A stretch of DNA of 63,481 nt, counting the filler, from Octopus bimaculoides (lineage: Eukaryota): NCBI RefSeq assembly GCF_001194135.2. It is 6 parts of 6 records of this genome, joined end to end, with 100 filler letters (N's around TTAATTAATTAA, not from the genome) between each part and the next. Parts side by side here need not be neighbours in the genome. Positions count along the whole stretch, not along the records: positions 1 to 26,328 come from NC_068981.1; 5 more parts are not named here. The stretch is one strand, 5' to 3'. The translations under genes and the position numbers were made by a program. The notes beneath the pieces were generated by a model. It had not been told where the DNA came from. It saw only the letters and a list, made by a program, of their open reading frames with translations, and ran no database searches. The number at the start of each line of letters is the position of its first letter. Positions within the stretch are counted from its first letter, which is position 1. This document shows positions 1-10,779 of the stretch, one piece after another.

Positions 1-863
1 TATATATATATATATATGTACTTATTTATTTTATATACATACATATATATATACACGTATGCACACACATATATATGTATATATATTTGTATGTATATAT
101 ATATACAGACACACACAAACATACATATACGTATACGAACATATATATGCATACTTATACGTTTATATATACGTGTTTGTGTGCATGAATATGCATATAC
201 ACATCCAAAAATATACACACATATTTGAGAATGTCTGCATTCATGCATATACTTATATGAAATATTATATGTATCGTTCGTTTGTGTTTGTGTTTGATTT
301 AGTCTAAGCATTGATAATTTGTTTATTGGCATGCGTATATATGTGCGCATGTTTGTGTGCGTTCTTCGTGCGTATGTGTGTAATCACACGCGCTGGTTGT
401 TTTGTCATGCGTATTCGTGCGAGTATATTTCAGTATGTTTATGCTTGCATGCACCTAAGTATATATTTGCGTGATGTGTGCGTTTTTTCCCGTTGTGCTA
501 TATGTGTACTTATGCCAGTGTGTGCTTGTGTGTATTGTGTTCGTATGATTGTTGCACGGGTTAGCATATATTTTACACAAACACCGAGCAAATATAGGGA
601 TCATCGTTGTTGACCTTCTCTTGTCACAAGGCTGAGCTGGAGAGAGTGTTTCAACGTATCGGTAAATCAAGAAATGAATCTGGATTAGATATCGGCTCCT
701 GTACAATGAATGTGTTATAGAGATAGAGGGTGGATAGAGTATGCTAAACGAGAGATAGAGAGAGAGGGGGAGGACGAGGGAGATGCAGAGACAGAGACAG
801 AGACAGAGAGGGAAGGCGTTAGACAAGGGAGGGAGAAACATAGATAAATGCAGAGAGGGTGAA

Positions 864-902
<39 letters not shown>

Positions 903-1671
903 ATAGTTGGGGAAAACAGTGGAAATAAAATAGAGGGGCGATAATGGAAGGATGGAAGGCGATTGTGTTGCGAGAGAAATACAGGCGAAAGCGTGTGCGT
1001 TAAGACAGAGAGAAAGAGAGACAAAGAGAGAGAGGTGGGGTAAGAGACAGAGTAGGTGGGAAAGATATAGACATAGTGATAGAGAGAGGGAGAGAGAGGA
1101 TAGAATTAAAGACGATATATGAGAGATAGAAATGGGGAGATGGCGTGAATGAGTTGTTGAGATAGATAGGAAACAGACGTACGGAGAGTATGAAAGGAAG
1201 ACATAGAAAGACTGATAGAGACTGTGCAGGAACTGATGGATAGAAATGGGCGTCGGCGGTGGTGGTGATAGAAAGAAGAAGAAGAAAAAGCAAGAAGTAC
1301 AAAGCATGTATTAGGGCGATATAGAAAGAAAAGAGGGGGGAAAAAGCGAAAGCAAGAGAGAGGGGTAGGAAGAATCAAATAGAGACAGGAATGGCTTAGC
1401 GAAGTTGGTGGAGGTAGCTTTAGCGGTATATAGTGAAGAGAGGCGGATGGAAAGGGGAGAGAATTATGAATGACGAGTAAATAAAGTCTGAAGAGTGATG
1501 GCAGTCAGGAAGTTCGGTAGCCAAGAGAAGAAACCTTTTGACCCGTTAAGAAATACTTAAATTGTTATTGAAGCAAAAATCAACAACAAACGACGACAAG
1601 CTCAGGAACTTGAGATGTTTGAAAGGTTTTTCTCTCCAGGAATATTGTGAAGATAACTTACGTGTGTTGCT

Positions 1672-2033
1672 ATGTATGTATGTATGTATGTATGTATGTA
1701 TGTATGTATGTATGTATGTATGTAGGAATGTATGTATGTTTGTATGTATGTATGTATGCATGCATGTATGTATGTATGTATGTATGCATATATGTATGTA
1801 TGTATGTATATATGTATGTATGTATGTATGTAGGAATGTATGTATGTATATATGTATGTACGTATGTTTGTATGTATGTATGTATGTATGTATGTATGTA
1901 TGTATGTATGTATGTATGTAGGAATGTATGCATGTATGTATGTATGTACGTACGTACGTACGTATGTATGTATGTATGTATGTATGTATGTATGTAGGAA
2001 AGTATGTATGTATGTATGTATGTAGGAATGTAT
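1672..2033 (+). repeat. (TATG)n tetranucleotide microsatellite running into a gap
   Basis: Direct reading. Confidence 0.95.
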
Positions 2034-2388
2034 NNNNNNNNNNNNNNNNNNNNNNNNNNNNNNNNNNNNNNNNNNNNNNNNNNNNNNNNNNNNNNNNNNN
2101 NNNNNNNNNNNNNNNNNNNNNNNNNNNNNNNNNNNNNNNNNNNNNNNNNNNNNNNNNNNNNNNNNNNNNNNNNNNNNNNNNNNNNNNNNNNNNNNNNNNN
2201 NNNNNNNNNNGTATGCATATATTCATGTATATGTATATACATATTTGCAATACATATATGAATATGTGTGTGTCCATACATATACATTATATATATATAT
2301 ATGTACATATCTATATCTGTTTATACGTACTACGTACGTATGTATCTTATGTATTATGTATGTATCTCTCTCTCTATCTGTGTGTATG

Positions 2389-2434
<46 letters not shown>

Positions 2435-2664
2435 ACCATACACATGTATATATATATGTGCAAACATGTATTCACACATACATACATACATACATACATA
2501 CATACATACATACACACATACAAACATACATGCATACATACATATATATATATATATATGTAGTCAGTCATCTCCACCACCTCACACATAGACACGTACA
2601 CACATGCAAGCACACATACACACACACACGCGCACACACACACATACACACACACACATACATA

Positions 2665-2756
2665 CACACGCGCACGCACACGCGCACGCACACGCGCACG
2701 CACACGCGCACGCACACGCGCACGCGCACGCGCACGCACACGCGCACGCACACGCG
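2665..2756 (+). repeat. (CACACGCGCACG)n alternating purine-pyrimidine repeat
   Basis: Direct reading. Confidence 0.85.
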
Positions 2757-2884
2757 GAACGTTGATATCCGTTTAGCTGACTTTTGCTTTTGTTCTTCTG
2801 TTTTGATTAAGAAGCCTCTCAGAATGTAAATCAAACATTTGTTTCACCCATCCTCATTATCCGACCAGCAGCTATAATAGGAAT

Positions 2885-2975
2885 AATAATTCTTTCTAAT
2901 TTTGGCACATGGACATCGATTTTAAGGGGAGGGGGCTAGTCGATCTCATCGACCTTAGTACTTGACTGCTACTTT
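2885..2975 (-). mobile_element. SINE family B, 3' fragment
   Basis: Reverse complement resembles the AAGTACCAGT..GGGGTCGATGTAATCGACTAGCCCCCTCCCC..GTGCC tail of the other family B copies. Confidence 0.55.
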
Positions 2976-3936
2976 NNNNNNNNNNNNNNNNNNNNNNNNN
3001 NNNNNNNNNNNNNNNNNNNNNNNNNNNNNNNNNNNNNNNNNNNNNNNNNNNNNNNNNNNNNNNNNNNNNNNNNNNNNNNNNNNNNNNNNNNNNNNNNNNN
3101 NNNNNNNNNNNNNNNNNNNNNNNNNNNNNNNNNNNNNNNNNNNNNNNNNNNNNNNNNNNNNNNNNNNNNNNNNNNNNNNNNNNNNNNNNNNNNNNNNNNN
3201 NNNNNNNNNNNNNNNNNNNNNNNNNNNNNNNNNNNNNNNNNNNNNNNNNNNNNNNNNNNNNNNNNNNNNNNNNNNNNNNNNNNNNNNNNNNNNNNNNNNN
3301 NNNNNNNNNNNNNNNNNNNNNNNNNNNNNNNNNNNNNNNNNNNNNNNNNNNNNNNNNNNNNNNNNNNNNNNNNNNNNNNNNNNNNNNNNNNNNNNNNNNN
3401 NNNNNNNNNNNNNNNNNNNNNNNNNNNNNNNNNNNNNNNNNNNNNNNNNNNNNNNNNNNNNNNNNNNNNNNNNNNNNNNNNNNNNNNNNNNNNNNNNNNN
3501 NNNNNNNNNNNNNNNNNNNNNNNNNNNNNNNNNNNNNNNNNNNNNNNNNNNNNNNNNNNNNNNNNNNNNNNNNNNNNNNNNNNNNNNNNNNNNNNNNNNN
3601 NNNNNNNNNNNNNNNNNNNNNNNNNNNNNNNNNNNNNNNNNNNNNNNNNNNNNNNNNNNNNNNNNNNNNNNNNNNNNNNNNNNNNNNNNNNNNNNNNNNN
3701 NNNNNNNNNNNNNNNNNNNNNNNNNNNNNNNNNNNNNNNNNNNNNNNNNNNNNNNNNNNNNNNNNNNNNNNNNNNNNNNNNNNNNNNNNNNNNNNNNNNN
3801 NNNNNNNNNNNNNNNNNNNNNNNNNNAATACAGTAAACATAAGAGCACCACAGCAAACCACAGCACATACCCAAGGCGCACAGAGCTGCGCTCGGTAGTG
3901 AAGTGAAAGCACGTTATAAAAATAAAACTACTGAAC

Positions 3937-3953
3937 AATAATAATAATAATAA

Positions 3954-4031
<78 letters not shown>

Positions 4032-4046
4032 TGATGATGATGATGA
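3937..4046 (+). repeat. (AAT)n then (ATG)n trinucleotide microsatellite
   Basis: Direct reading. Confidence 0.95.
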
Positions 4047-4054
4047 TAATAGTA

Positions 4055-4415
4055 ATAAATGCTCTGATGCAGTACCAGACAACGGCTCCCATGGTTTCTG
4101 ATCTGCACTGACTGGAAGTATTATCGTGTACATTGTTTTGTCTTGGTATAAAAGATGGACTACAACAAATATTCTGTTTAATGCCACAGATTTGCCAGTC
4201 GGTTGTTTGACCATAACCAGTTGAGAATGTCCCTTGGTAGCTGACGGTATGTGCATCTCTGATCACGAGAAGAAGTAGTGGAGGAGCACCATAGCCATGT
4301 GAGGAGAGGAATTCTTTGGGGTTTGAATAATTCACCTCTGGAAACATGGGTGTTTCGTTCAACATCCTTAAACAACCCTTATTCAGATACTTTTTGAGCA
4401 GAATGGGCTACTTAA
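4055..4415 (+). mobile_element. Interspersed repeat family D, copy 1
   Basis: High similarity to the reverse complement of about 24425-24752 (e.g. CATGGGTGTTTCGTTCAACATCCTTAAACAACCCTTATTCA). Confidence 0.8.
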
Positions 4416-4423
4416 TCAGAAGA

Positions 4424-4570
4424 AACAGACCGGACCTATTGGTGGTGGACAAGGTGCACCACATATGCTATATAGTTGATGTTACATGCCCCTTTGACCC
4501 ACGAATAGTCAAAAAGGAAGGCGTAAAGCTAGATAAATACAGCCCTCTTAAGTATGAAATAGCCAGATAA
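4424..4570 (+). mobile_element. R4/Dong-like non-LTR retrotransposon, restriction-like endonuclease (RLE) fragment
   Basis: NRPDLLVVDKVHHICYIVDVTCPFDPRIVKKEGVKLDKYSPLKYEIAR matches the RPD-x(~14)-D ... KE..K..KY..L..EI signature of R4-clade RLE domains. Confidence 0.7.
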
Positions 4571-4665
4571 AAAGTAAGTTGAGCACTGGAATCGATGTAG
4601 TCGACTTAATCCGCTCCCCCAGTATTGCTGGCCTTGTACCAAAATTTGAAACCAATATTAGAATT

Positions 4666-4885
4666 AAGGCGGCGAGCTGGCTGAATCGTTTGCACGCCGG
4701 GCAAAATGCTTAGCGGCATTTCGTCTGTCTTTAAGTTTGAGTTCAAATTCCGCCAAGATTGACGTTGCCTTTCATCCTTCCGGAATCGATAGTATAGGTA
4801 CCAGTTGAGCGCTGGGATCATTGTAATCGACTACCCTGCTTCCGCTGAGGTTGCTGGCTTTTTGCCAAAATGTGAAACCAATATT
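4666..4885 (+). mobile_element. SINE family B (tRNA-like head AAGGCGGCGAGCTGGC..GAGTTCAAATTCC, central CCTTTCATCCTT..GTCGATA..GTACCAG)
   Basis: Matches about 10 other copies in the window. A second 3' fragment lies at 4571-4658. Confidence 0.85.
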
Positions 4886-5229
4886 CATCATCGCCATCCG
4901 GTCGTACTTGTAGCCCGGATTGCTGTGACTCGTTCTCTGCAGTCTGTTCGGTCCACAATTGCACGTGGTAGAAAACAAATATTAGAATTCTTATTCGCAA
5001 TGCGATAGATGTTTTACATATTTACGATTCAGTTTCAATCTTCACTAATATGTCTAGGATAGGCACGAATGTCACAAATGTAATAACTCAGAGGCGCAAA
5101 TGTCACAGATGTAATAACTCTCCACTCGCATTAATCAACAAAGCTGAGGACCTGTTGATGTCAACAGCCGATTATGGATGTTTAAACAAGTAACCCAAGT
5201 TGTCGCTCTTGTTCATGGAATAACTAGTT

Positions 5230-5550
5230 ACGTGATCTTCAGTGGTTAGAACGTCAGGCAAACAATCATGAGGTAGTAAGTTGGATTCTTGGACTGGGCT
5301 GCGTGTTGTGTTCTTGAGTAAGACACTTTTATCTCACGTTGCTCCAGTTCATTCAACTGTAGAAATGAGTTCTGATGTCACTGGTGCCAAGCTCTATCGG
5401 TCTTTGCTTTTCCCTTGGTCAACGTCAGTGGTGTGAAGAGGGGAGGTTGGTATGCATGGGCATACCTGGTTTTCCATAAGCAACCTTGCCCGGAATTGTG
5501 TCTTGGATAGGAACTTTCTGGGTTCAATCCCATGCGCATCCATGACCGAA
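5230..5550 (+). mobile_element. tRNA-derived SINE family C2, degenerate
   Basis: Shares GTGTTGTGTTCTTGAG.AAGACAC...GCTCCAGTTCA...GTAGAAATGAGTT and CATGACCGAA.GGGTCTTTACC with 7833-8095 and 15650-15685. Confidence 0.65.
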
Positions 5551-5879
5551 AGGGTCTTTACCCTTTACCTTTTTTTGAACCATCTTGTATGGATGCATTT
5601 TTTTAACTCTTAAGTTAAGATAATCTTATGTAGAATCCCTAACTTTAAAACCTCAAAAACTTTATAACTTTAAAACTTCATAACTCTGAAACATTTGAAT
5701 TTTGGATATTCTTTGAGAATTTTTAAGATTTTGAATTGTTCTAGAAACATTTTCTTCGAAGATTTTAGGCTTTAAAAAAGTTTCCTTCAAGCATTTTTTC
5801 TTTTTTCTTTAAGCGACTTTTGAGATTTCTTAAAAAGGAAAACAATCTTCCTAGTATCTTTTCATCTTTTCTTGTCTTG

Positions 5880-6252
5880 TTACCTCCGCCTTAGCGAAGG
5901 CAGATGTATTGTTTTCAGTCGTGTTTGTTTGTTTGTCCGTGGACAAGATATCGCAAGAATCGCTGGATGGATTCGGATGAAACTTTCAGCGATGTTTGGC
6001 CTCCTGACTAGCACGAGCTGAATAAATTTTGGGATCGATCTGGTACAGGACAAGGATTCTGGATTATTTTCCCATTTTTTTTTTTTTTTACTTAATTTTT
6101 GAGAGCGGTTGGGTTCATTTTTAGTATTCTCGTTTGTGAGAGCAATCGAGTTTATTTCAGGTATTCTCAATTTAAAAATCTTCTCCGGCTAATCGGTGAG
6201 AGGACGTTGGTGTTACCTTGGGGAAGATTTGCGCTCTCTGAGTGCTCTTGTT
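5880..6252 (+). mobile_element. Helentron-type (DINE/HINE-like) non-autonomous element, copy 1
   Basis: 5' TTACCTCCGCC-TTAGC-GAAGGCAGA subterminal palindrome, (GTTT)n core, and 3' CCTTGG.GAAG..TGCGCTCTCTGAGTGC stem-loop ending in TT. A second copy lies at 9320-9507. Confidence 0.6.
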
Positions 6253-7249
6253 CTTAATTGCTTTCAACTTCCTTTAACTTTTCGTAATTTCTCATAATTT
6301 ATTCAGTGACAGTATTTCATCCTCCTCCTTTACTTTCCTAACCTCTCCTACTAACGACGTTACTCTGTTGTCTTACTATATTTACAATGTAGTTTCGACT
6401 TTTATATGTGTTTCTTCAGTTTAACTCATTTATCGTTCATCTTTCACTTTATGTGAGACGATTACAGCTTCTCTCACGCAATTTCTTGTAATTCAAAGGT
6501 GCAGCCTTATTACATATTGTCCTACGATGATTCGCTCTGAGATTTACGTTACAGAATGCACTTGGAATACTCAGCCACTTGCAAATTAATTTAATAGTGT
6601 AAGAGAGAAAGGGAGAGAATAGGAGAGGGTGAGAGAAGGGGAAAGAGCCAAAGAGAGGAAGGAAATGACTTAAAAGGAGCAATAGGAAGAGTTGTAAAGA
6701 GGACAAGGGAGAGAAGAAGCACGCGTGGAAGAAATAAAAGCAAAGAAATCGGGGGGGGGGTAAAGGAGAAAATAAATAAATAAATAAATAAAGATGTGAT
6801 AGAAAGAGTAGTCAGAATGAAAGAATGAATAAAAAAGAAAGGAAGACGGAAAGAGAGAGAGAGAGAGAGAAAGACACAGATGGAAAAATAGATGGAGGGG
6901 GGGGGTAAAGAAAACGGAGAAATAATACCAGAGAAGCGGAAGGAAAACCTAAAAGACAAAAGCTAGAACGCCCTGGATAAAATAGAATAAAGAAGACGCC
7001 GAGGGATGAAGATGAGGAACAGAAGTGGACGAATGGGAGAAGGAATATGGGGTAGGTGGGAGACGAGAGATGGTAAATGACGACTTCTTCCACCGTTTGC
7101 TTCTATTCTGGATAGTTCTGTGACAAGAGCCTTAGACATGTGTCTCTGGAGACGGACGACATTGCAATAAATTACTTCAATCAACCGGCGTTTGATGTCG
7201 TTTTGGCTTGGTGGCGTTTTACTTGACAAACGTGGCTGTCTTGTTCAAC

Positions 7250-7274
7250 AACGACTGCAACAACAACAACAACA

Positions 7275-7306
<32 letters not shown>

Positions 7307-7386
7307 GACAACGACGACGACCACCACCACCACCAACATCCCCACCAGCAGCAGCAGCAGCAGCACCACCACCACCACCACCACCA
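7250..7386 (+). repeat. Compound trinucleotide microsatellite (CAA/CTA/CGA/CAC/CAG)n
   Basis: Direct reading. It explains the poly-Q/H/P/Y ORFs in the track. Confidence 0.9.
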
Positions 7387-7832
7387 NNNNNNNNNNNNNN
7401 NNNNNNNNNNNNNNNNNNNNNNNNNNNNNNNNNNNNNNNNNNNNNNNNNNNNNNNNNNNNNNNNNNNNNNNNNNNNNNNNNNNNNNNNNNNNNNNNNNNN
7501 NNNNNNNNNNNNNNNNNNNNNNNNNNNNNNNNNNNNNNNNNNNNNNNNNNNNNNNNNNNNNNNNNNNNNNNNNNNNNNNNNNNNNNNNNNNNNNNNNNNN
7601 NNNNNNNNNNNNNNNNNNNNNNNNNNNNNNNNNNNNNNNNNNNNNNNNNNNNNNNNNNNNNNNNNNNNNNNNNNNNNNNNNNNNNNNNNNNNNNNNNNNN
7701 NNNNNNNNNNNNCACCACCACCACCACAGTAACAGAAGCAATAACAGAGCAGAAGCATAAGCAACAACAATAACAACAACAGCAACAGTAACTACAACAG
7801 TAACAGCAGTAACTAGTATAGTAATGACTACT

Positions 7833-8095
7833 GAGGCGCATGGCTCAGTGGTTAGAGTACCGAGCTTACGATCGTTAGGCTGTGAGTTCGATTCTCGGAC
7901 CGGGCCGCGTGTTGTTTTCAAGAACAAGACACTATATTTCACATTGCTATAGAAATGAGTTGCGACATCATTGGTGGCGCGGAGAGGGGAGGCTGGTAAG
8001 AATCGGCTACTGATGGTCTTCCATAAAATCACCCCTAGGTTGTGCGTTCGCCGGTGAGGCGACTTTTCACCCAAACCTGTACCCCGGAGGAGAAA
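7833..8095 (+). mobile_element. tRNA-derived SINE family C2
   Basis: A box TGGCTCAGTGG and B box GAGTTCGATTC, body shared with 5230-5550, ends in (ATT)n. Confidence 0.7.
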
Positions 8096-8124
8096 TTATT
8101 ATTATTATTATTATTATCATTATC

Positions 8125-8280
8125 AAGGCAGCGAGCTGGCGGCATCGTTAGTGGTTCGGGGCAAGTTGGTTAATGGCTTTTGTTCCGGCTCTTTATGTTC
8201 TAAGTTCAAATACTACCGAGGTCAACTTTACCTTTCATCCTCTCGGGACCGATAAAATAAAGTACCAGTCAAGTACTAAG
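8125..8280 (+). mobile_element. SINE family B, 3'-truncated
   Basis: AAGGCAGCGAGCTGGC head and CCTTTCATCCT..GATAAAATAAAGTACCAG. Confidence 0.75.
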
Positions 8281-9128
8281 AACGCCCATGGTCATTCGTG
8301 ACCGACGGAACCGAGTTTACTCAGGCGCAGTAACAACTACAATAGAAAATAAAAACTTTAATAAGAAGAGTAACAGAGTGGGGGGAGGGGGGGGGCAGCA
8401 CAACAGTAGCAATAGCAATAATATAAAAAAAAAACAGCAGCGCAGGCGACTGCATCATCAATTATAACAATACAGTTACAACAACTTCAACAACAGAAAT
8501 TACAACGGCAGCNNNNNNNNNNNNNNNNNNNNNNNNNNNNNNNNNNNNNNNNNNNNNNNNNNNNNNNNNNNNNNNNNNNNNNNNNNNNNNNNNNNNNNNN
8601 NNNNNNNNNNNNNNNNNNNNNNNNNNNNNNNNNNNNNNNNNNNNNNNNNNNNNNNNNNNNNNNNNNNNNNNNNNNNNNNNNNNNNNNNNNNNNNNNNNNN
8701 NNNNNNNNNNNNNNNNNNNNNNNNNNNNNNNNNNNNNNNNNNNNNNNNNNNNNNNNNNNNNNNNNNNNNNNNNNNNNNNNNNNNNNNNNNNNNNNNNNNN
8801 NNNNNNNNNNNNNNNNNNNNNNNNNNNNNNNNNNNNNNNNNNNNNNNNNNNNNNNNNNNNNNNNNNNNNNNNNNNNNNNNNNNNNNNNNNNNNNNNNNNN
8901 NNNNNNNNNNNNNNNNNNNNNNNNNNNNNNNNNNNNNNNNNNNNNNNNNNNNNNNNNNNNNNNNNNNNNNNNNNNNNNNNNNNNNNNNNNNNNNNNNNNN
9001 NNNNNNNNNNNNNNNNNNNNNNNNNNNNNNNNNNNNNNNNNNNNNNNNNNNNNNNNNNNNNNNNNNNNNNNNNNNNNNNNNNNNNNNNNNNNNNNNNNNN
9101 NNNATATATATATATATATATACATATA

Positions 9129-9288
9129 TACGACGGGCTTCTTTCAGTTTCCGTCTACCAAATCTACTCACAAGGCCTTGGTCGGCCCGAGGCTATAATA
9201 GAAGACACTTGCCCAAGGTGCCACGCAGTGGGAATGAACCCGGAACCATGTGGTTGGTAAGCAAGCTACTTACCACACAGCCACTCCT
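9129..9288 (-). mobile_element. SINE family A (tRNA head plus CORE-like CCTTGGGCAAGTG), head only
   Basis: Reverse complement GGAGTGGCTGTGTGGTAAG...GGTTCCGGGTTCATTCCC..GGCACCTTGGGCAAGTGTCTTC...GGAAACTGAAAGAAGCCCGTCG, shared with 7 or more copies. Confidence 0.85.
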
Positions 9289-9319
9289 AAATAAGAAAAA
9301 AAGCAAAAACAAAACAGAA

Positions 9320-9507
9320 AAATAATCCAGAATCCTTGTACGGTATCGGATCGGTCTCAAAATCTAATCAGTTCGTGCCAGTCACGAGGCCAAACATCCC
9401 TGAAAGTTTCATCGGAATCCATCCAGCGGTTCTCAAGATATCTTGTCCACGGACGAACAAACAAAATAAAAAACGCAACTGAAAACAATACCTCCGCATT
9501 CGCGGCG
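9320..9507 (-). mobile_element. Helentron-type non-autonomous element, copy 2 (5' half)
   Basis: Reverse complement aligns with 5890-6070. Confidence 0.65.
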
Positions 9508-10140
9508 ACAGCATTATCAACTATAACAGCAACTTCAACAACAGAAATAACAACGGCAGCAGAACGATAGCAACAGCGACAACAATAACAATAGCAATAA
9601 TAAAAGCAACAGAGACAAGTACAATATCGGCAACAGTTGCAGTGTATTTTTGCGGAGGCTCTGCCCACAATGTGACAATGAGAGAGATAGAGAGAGATGG
9701 AGAAGGAGAGAGAGGGGGAGAGAGGGAGGGAGAAAGAGAAATAGAGAAAAAGAGAGGGGAGAGAGAGAAAGATAGGGTAGAGAGAAAGGGAGAGAGAAGG
9801 AGAGAGAGGGGACAGAAAGAGCGAAGGAGAAAGAAATAGGAGAGAGAGAGAGAGAGAGAGAGGGAGGGTGCGAGGGAAAGAGAGAGGGAGGGAAGGTGCG
9901 AGGAAGAAAGAAAGATATATATANNNNNNNNNNNNNNNNNNNNNNNNNNNNNNNNNNNNNNNNNNNNNNNNNNNNNNNNNNNNNNNNNNNNNNNNNNNNN
10001 NNNNNNNNNNNNNNNNNNNNNNNNNNNNNNNNNNNNNNNNNNNNNNNNNNNNNNNNNNNNNNNNNNNNNNNNNNNNNNNNNNNNNNNNNNNNNNNNNNNN
10101 NNNNNNNNNNNNNNNNNNNNNNNNNNNNNNNNNNNNNNNN

Positions 10141-10184
<44 letters not shown>

Positions 10185-10214
10185 CGGGAGGGCTATACGA
10201 TCGATCGGCGGAAA

Positions 10215-10412
10215 ACCATTTCAGCAGGGCTGATTGGAGCGACGAGAAAATGAAGTGCCAAGTTGAGGGACGCAATGCGCTGCTTCCACCAGGAATCAAT
10301 CAGGTCGATAAAATAAGTACCAGTTGAGCACTGGAGTCGAAGCAATCGTCTTACCTCCCCTCTCCCACCCAACTCCCGAAATTGCTGGCCTTGTGACAAA
10401 AGTTGAAACCAA
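10215..10412 (+). mobile_element. SINE family B, degenerate
   Basis: GTCGATAAAATAAGTACCAGTTGAGCACTGG...GCTGGCCTTGTG..AAAGTTGAAACC tail. Confidence 0.6.
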
Positions 10413-10779
10413 TGTGTATGTTATTTTATGTCGTTATGTTATGTTATGTTATGTTATGTATGTATGTATGTATTTATGTGTGACCGTATGATTTAAGAAA
10501 AAATGGATTTATGACAAAGTTGTTAGAAGAAAAGAAAGTGGCACTTGAGAGGTTGTTCTTTTGTTCTGTGCCGGGACTTGAACGGGGCAAAGTGGAGAAA
10601 GATGTTTAAGAGCACAAAGCAAAGTTCTAGCGAGAGTTCTATGTAGCAAAGGACTCGTGGTAGCGAGAAAAATCCGGCTAAATCAGAAATTTGCTGACAA
10701 GCAAGAATCAAACTCCCTGTACCATGAGTTGTGTGCAGCCTAGGACCCACTACCTTCCGTCTTTATACTACTGCAAAGA

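Noticed and set aside
16-2834. Numerous YI/CV/HT/MYVC and Leu/Ser-rich ORFs (here and throughout the window)
   Set aside because: They are translations of microsatellites, purine-rich tracts or N runs.
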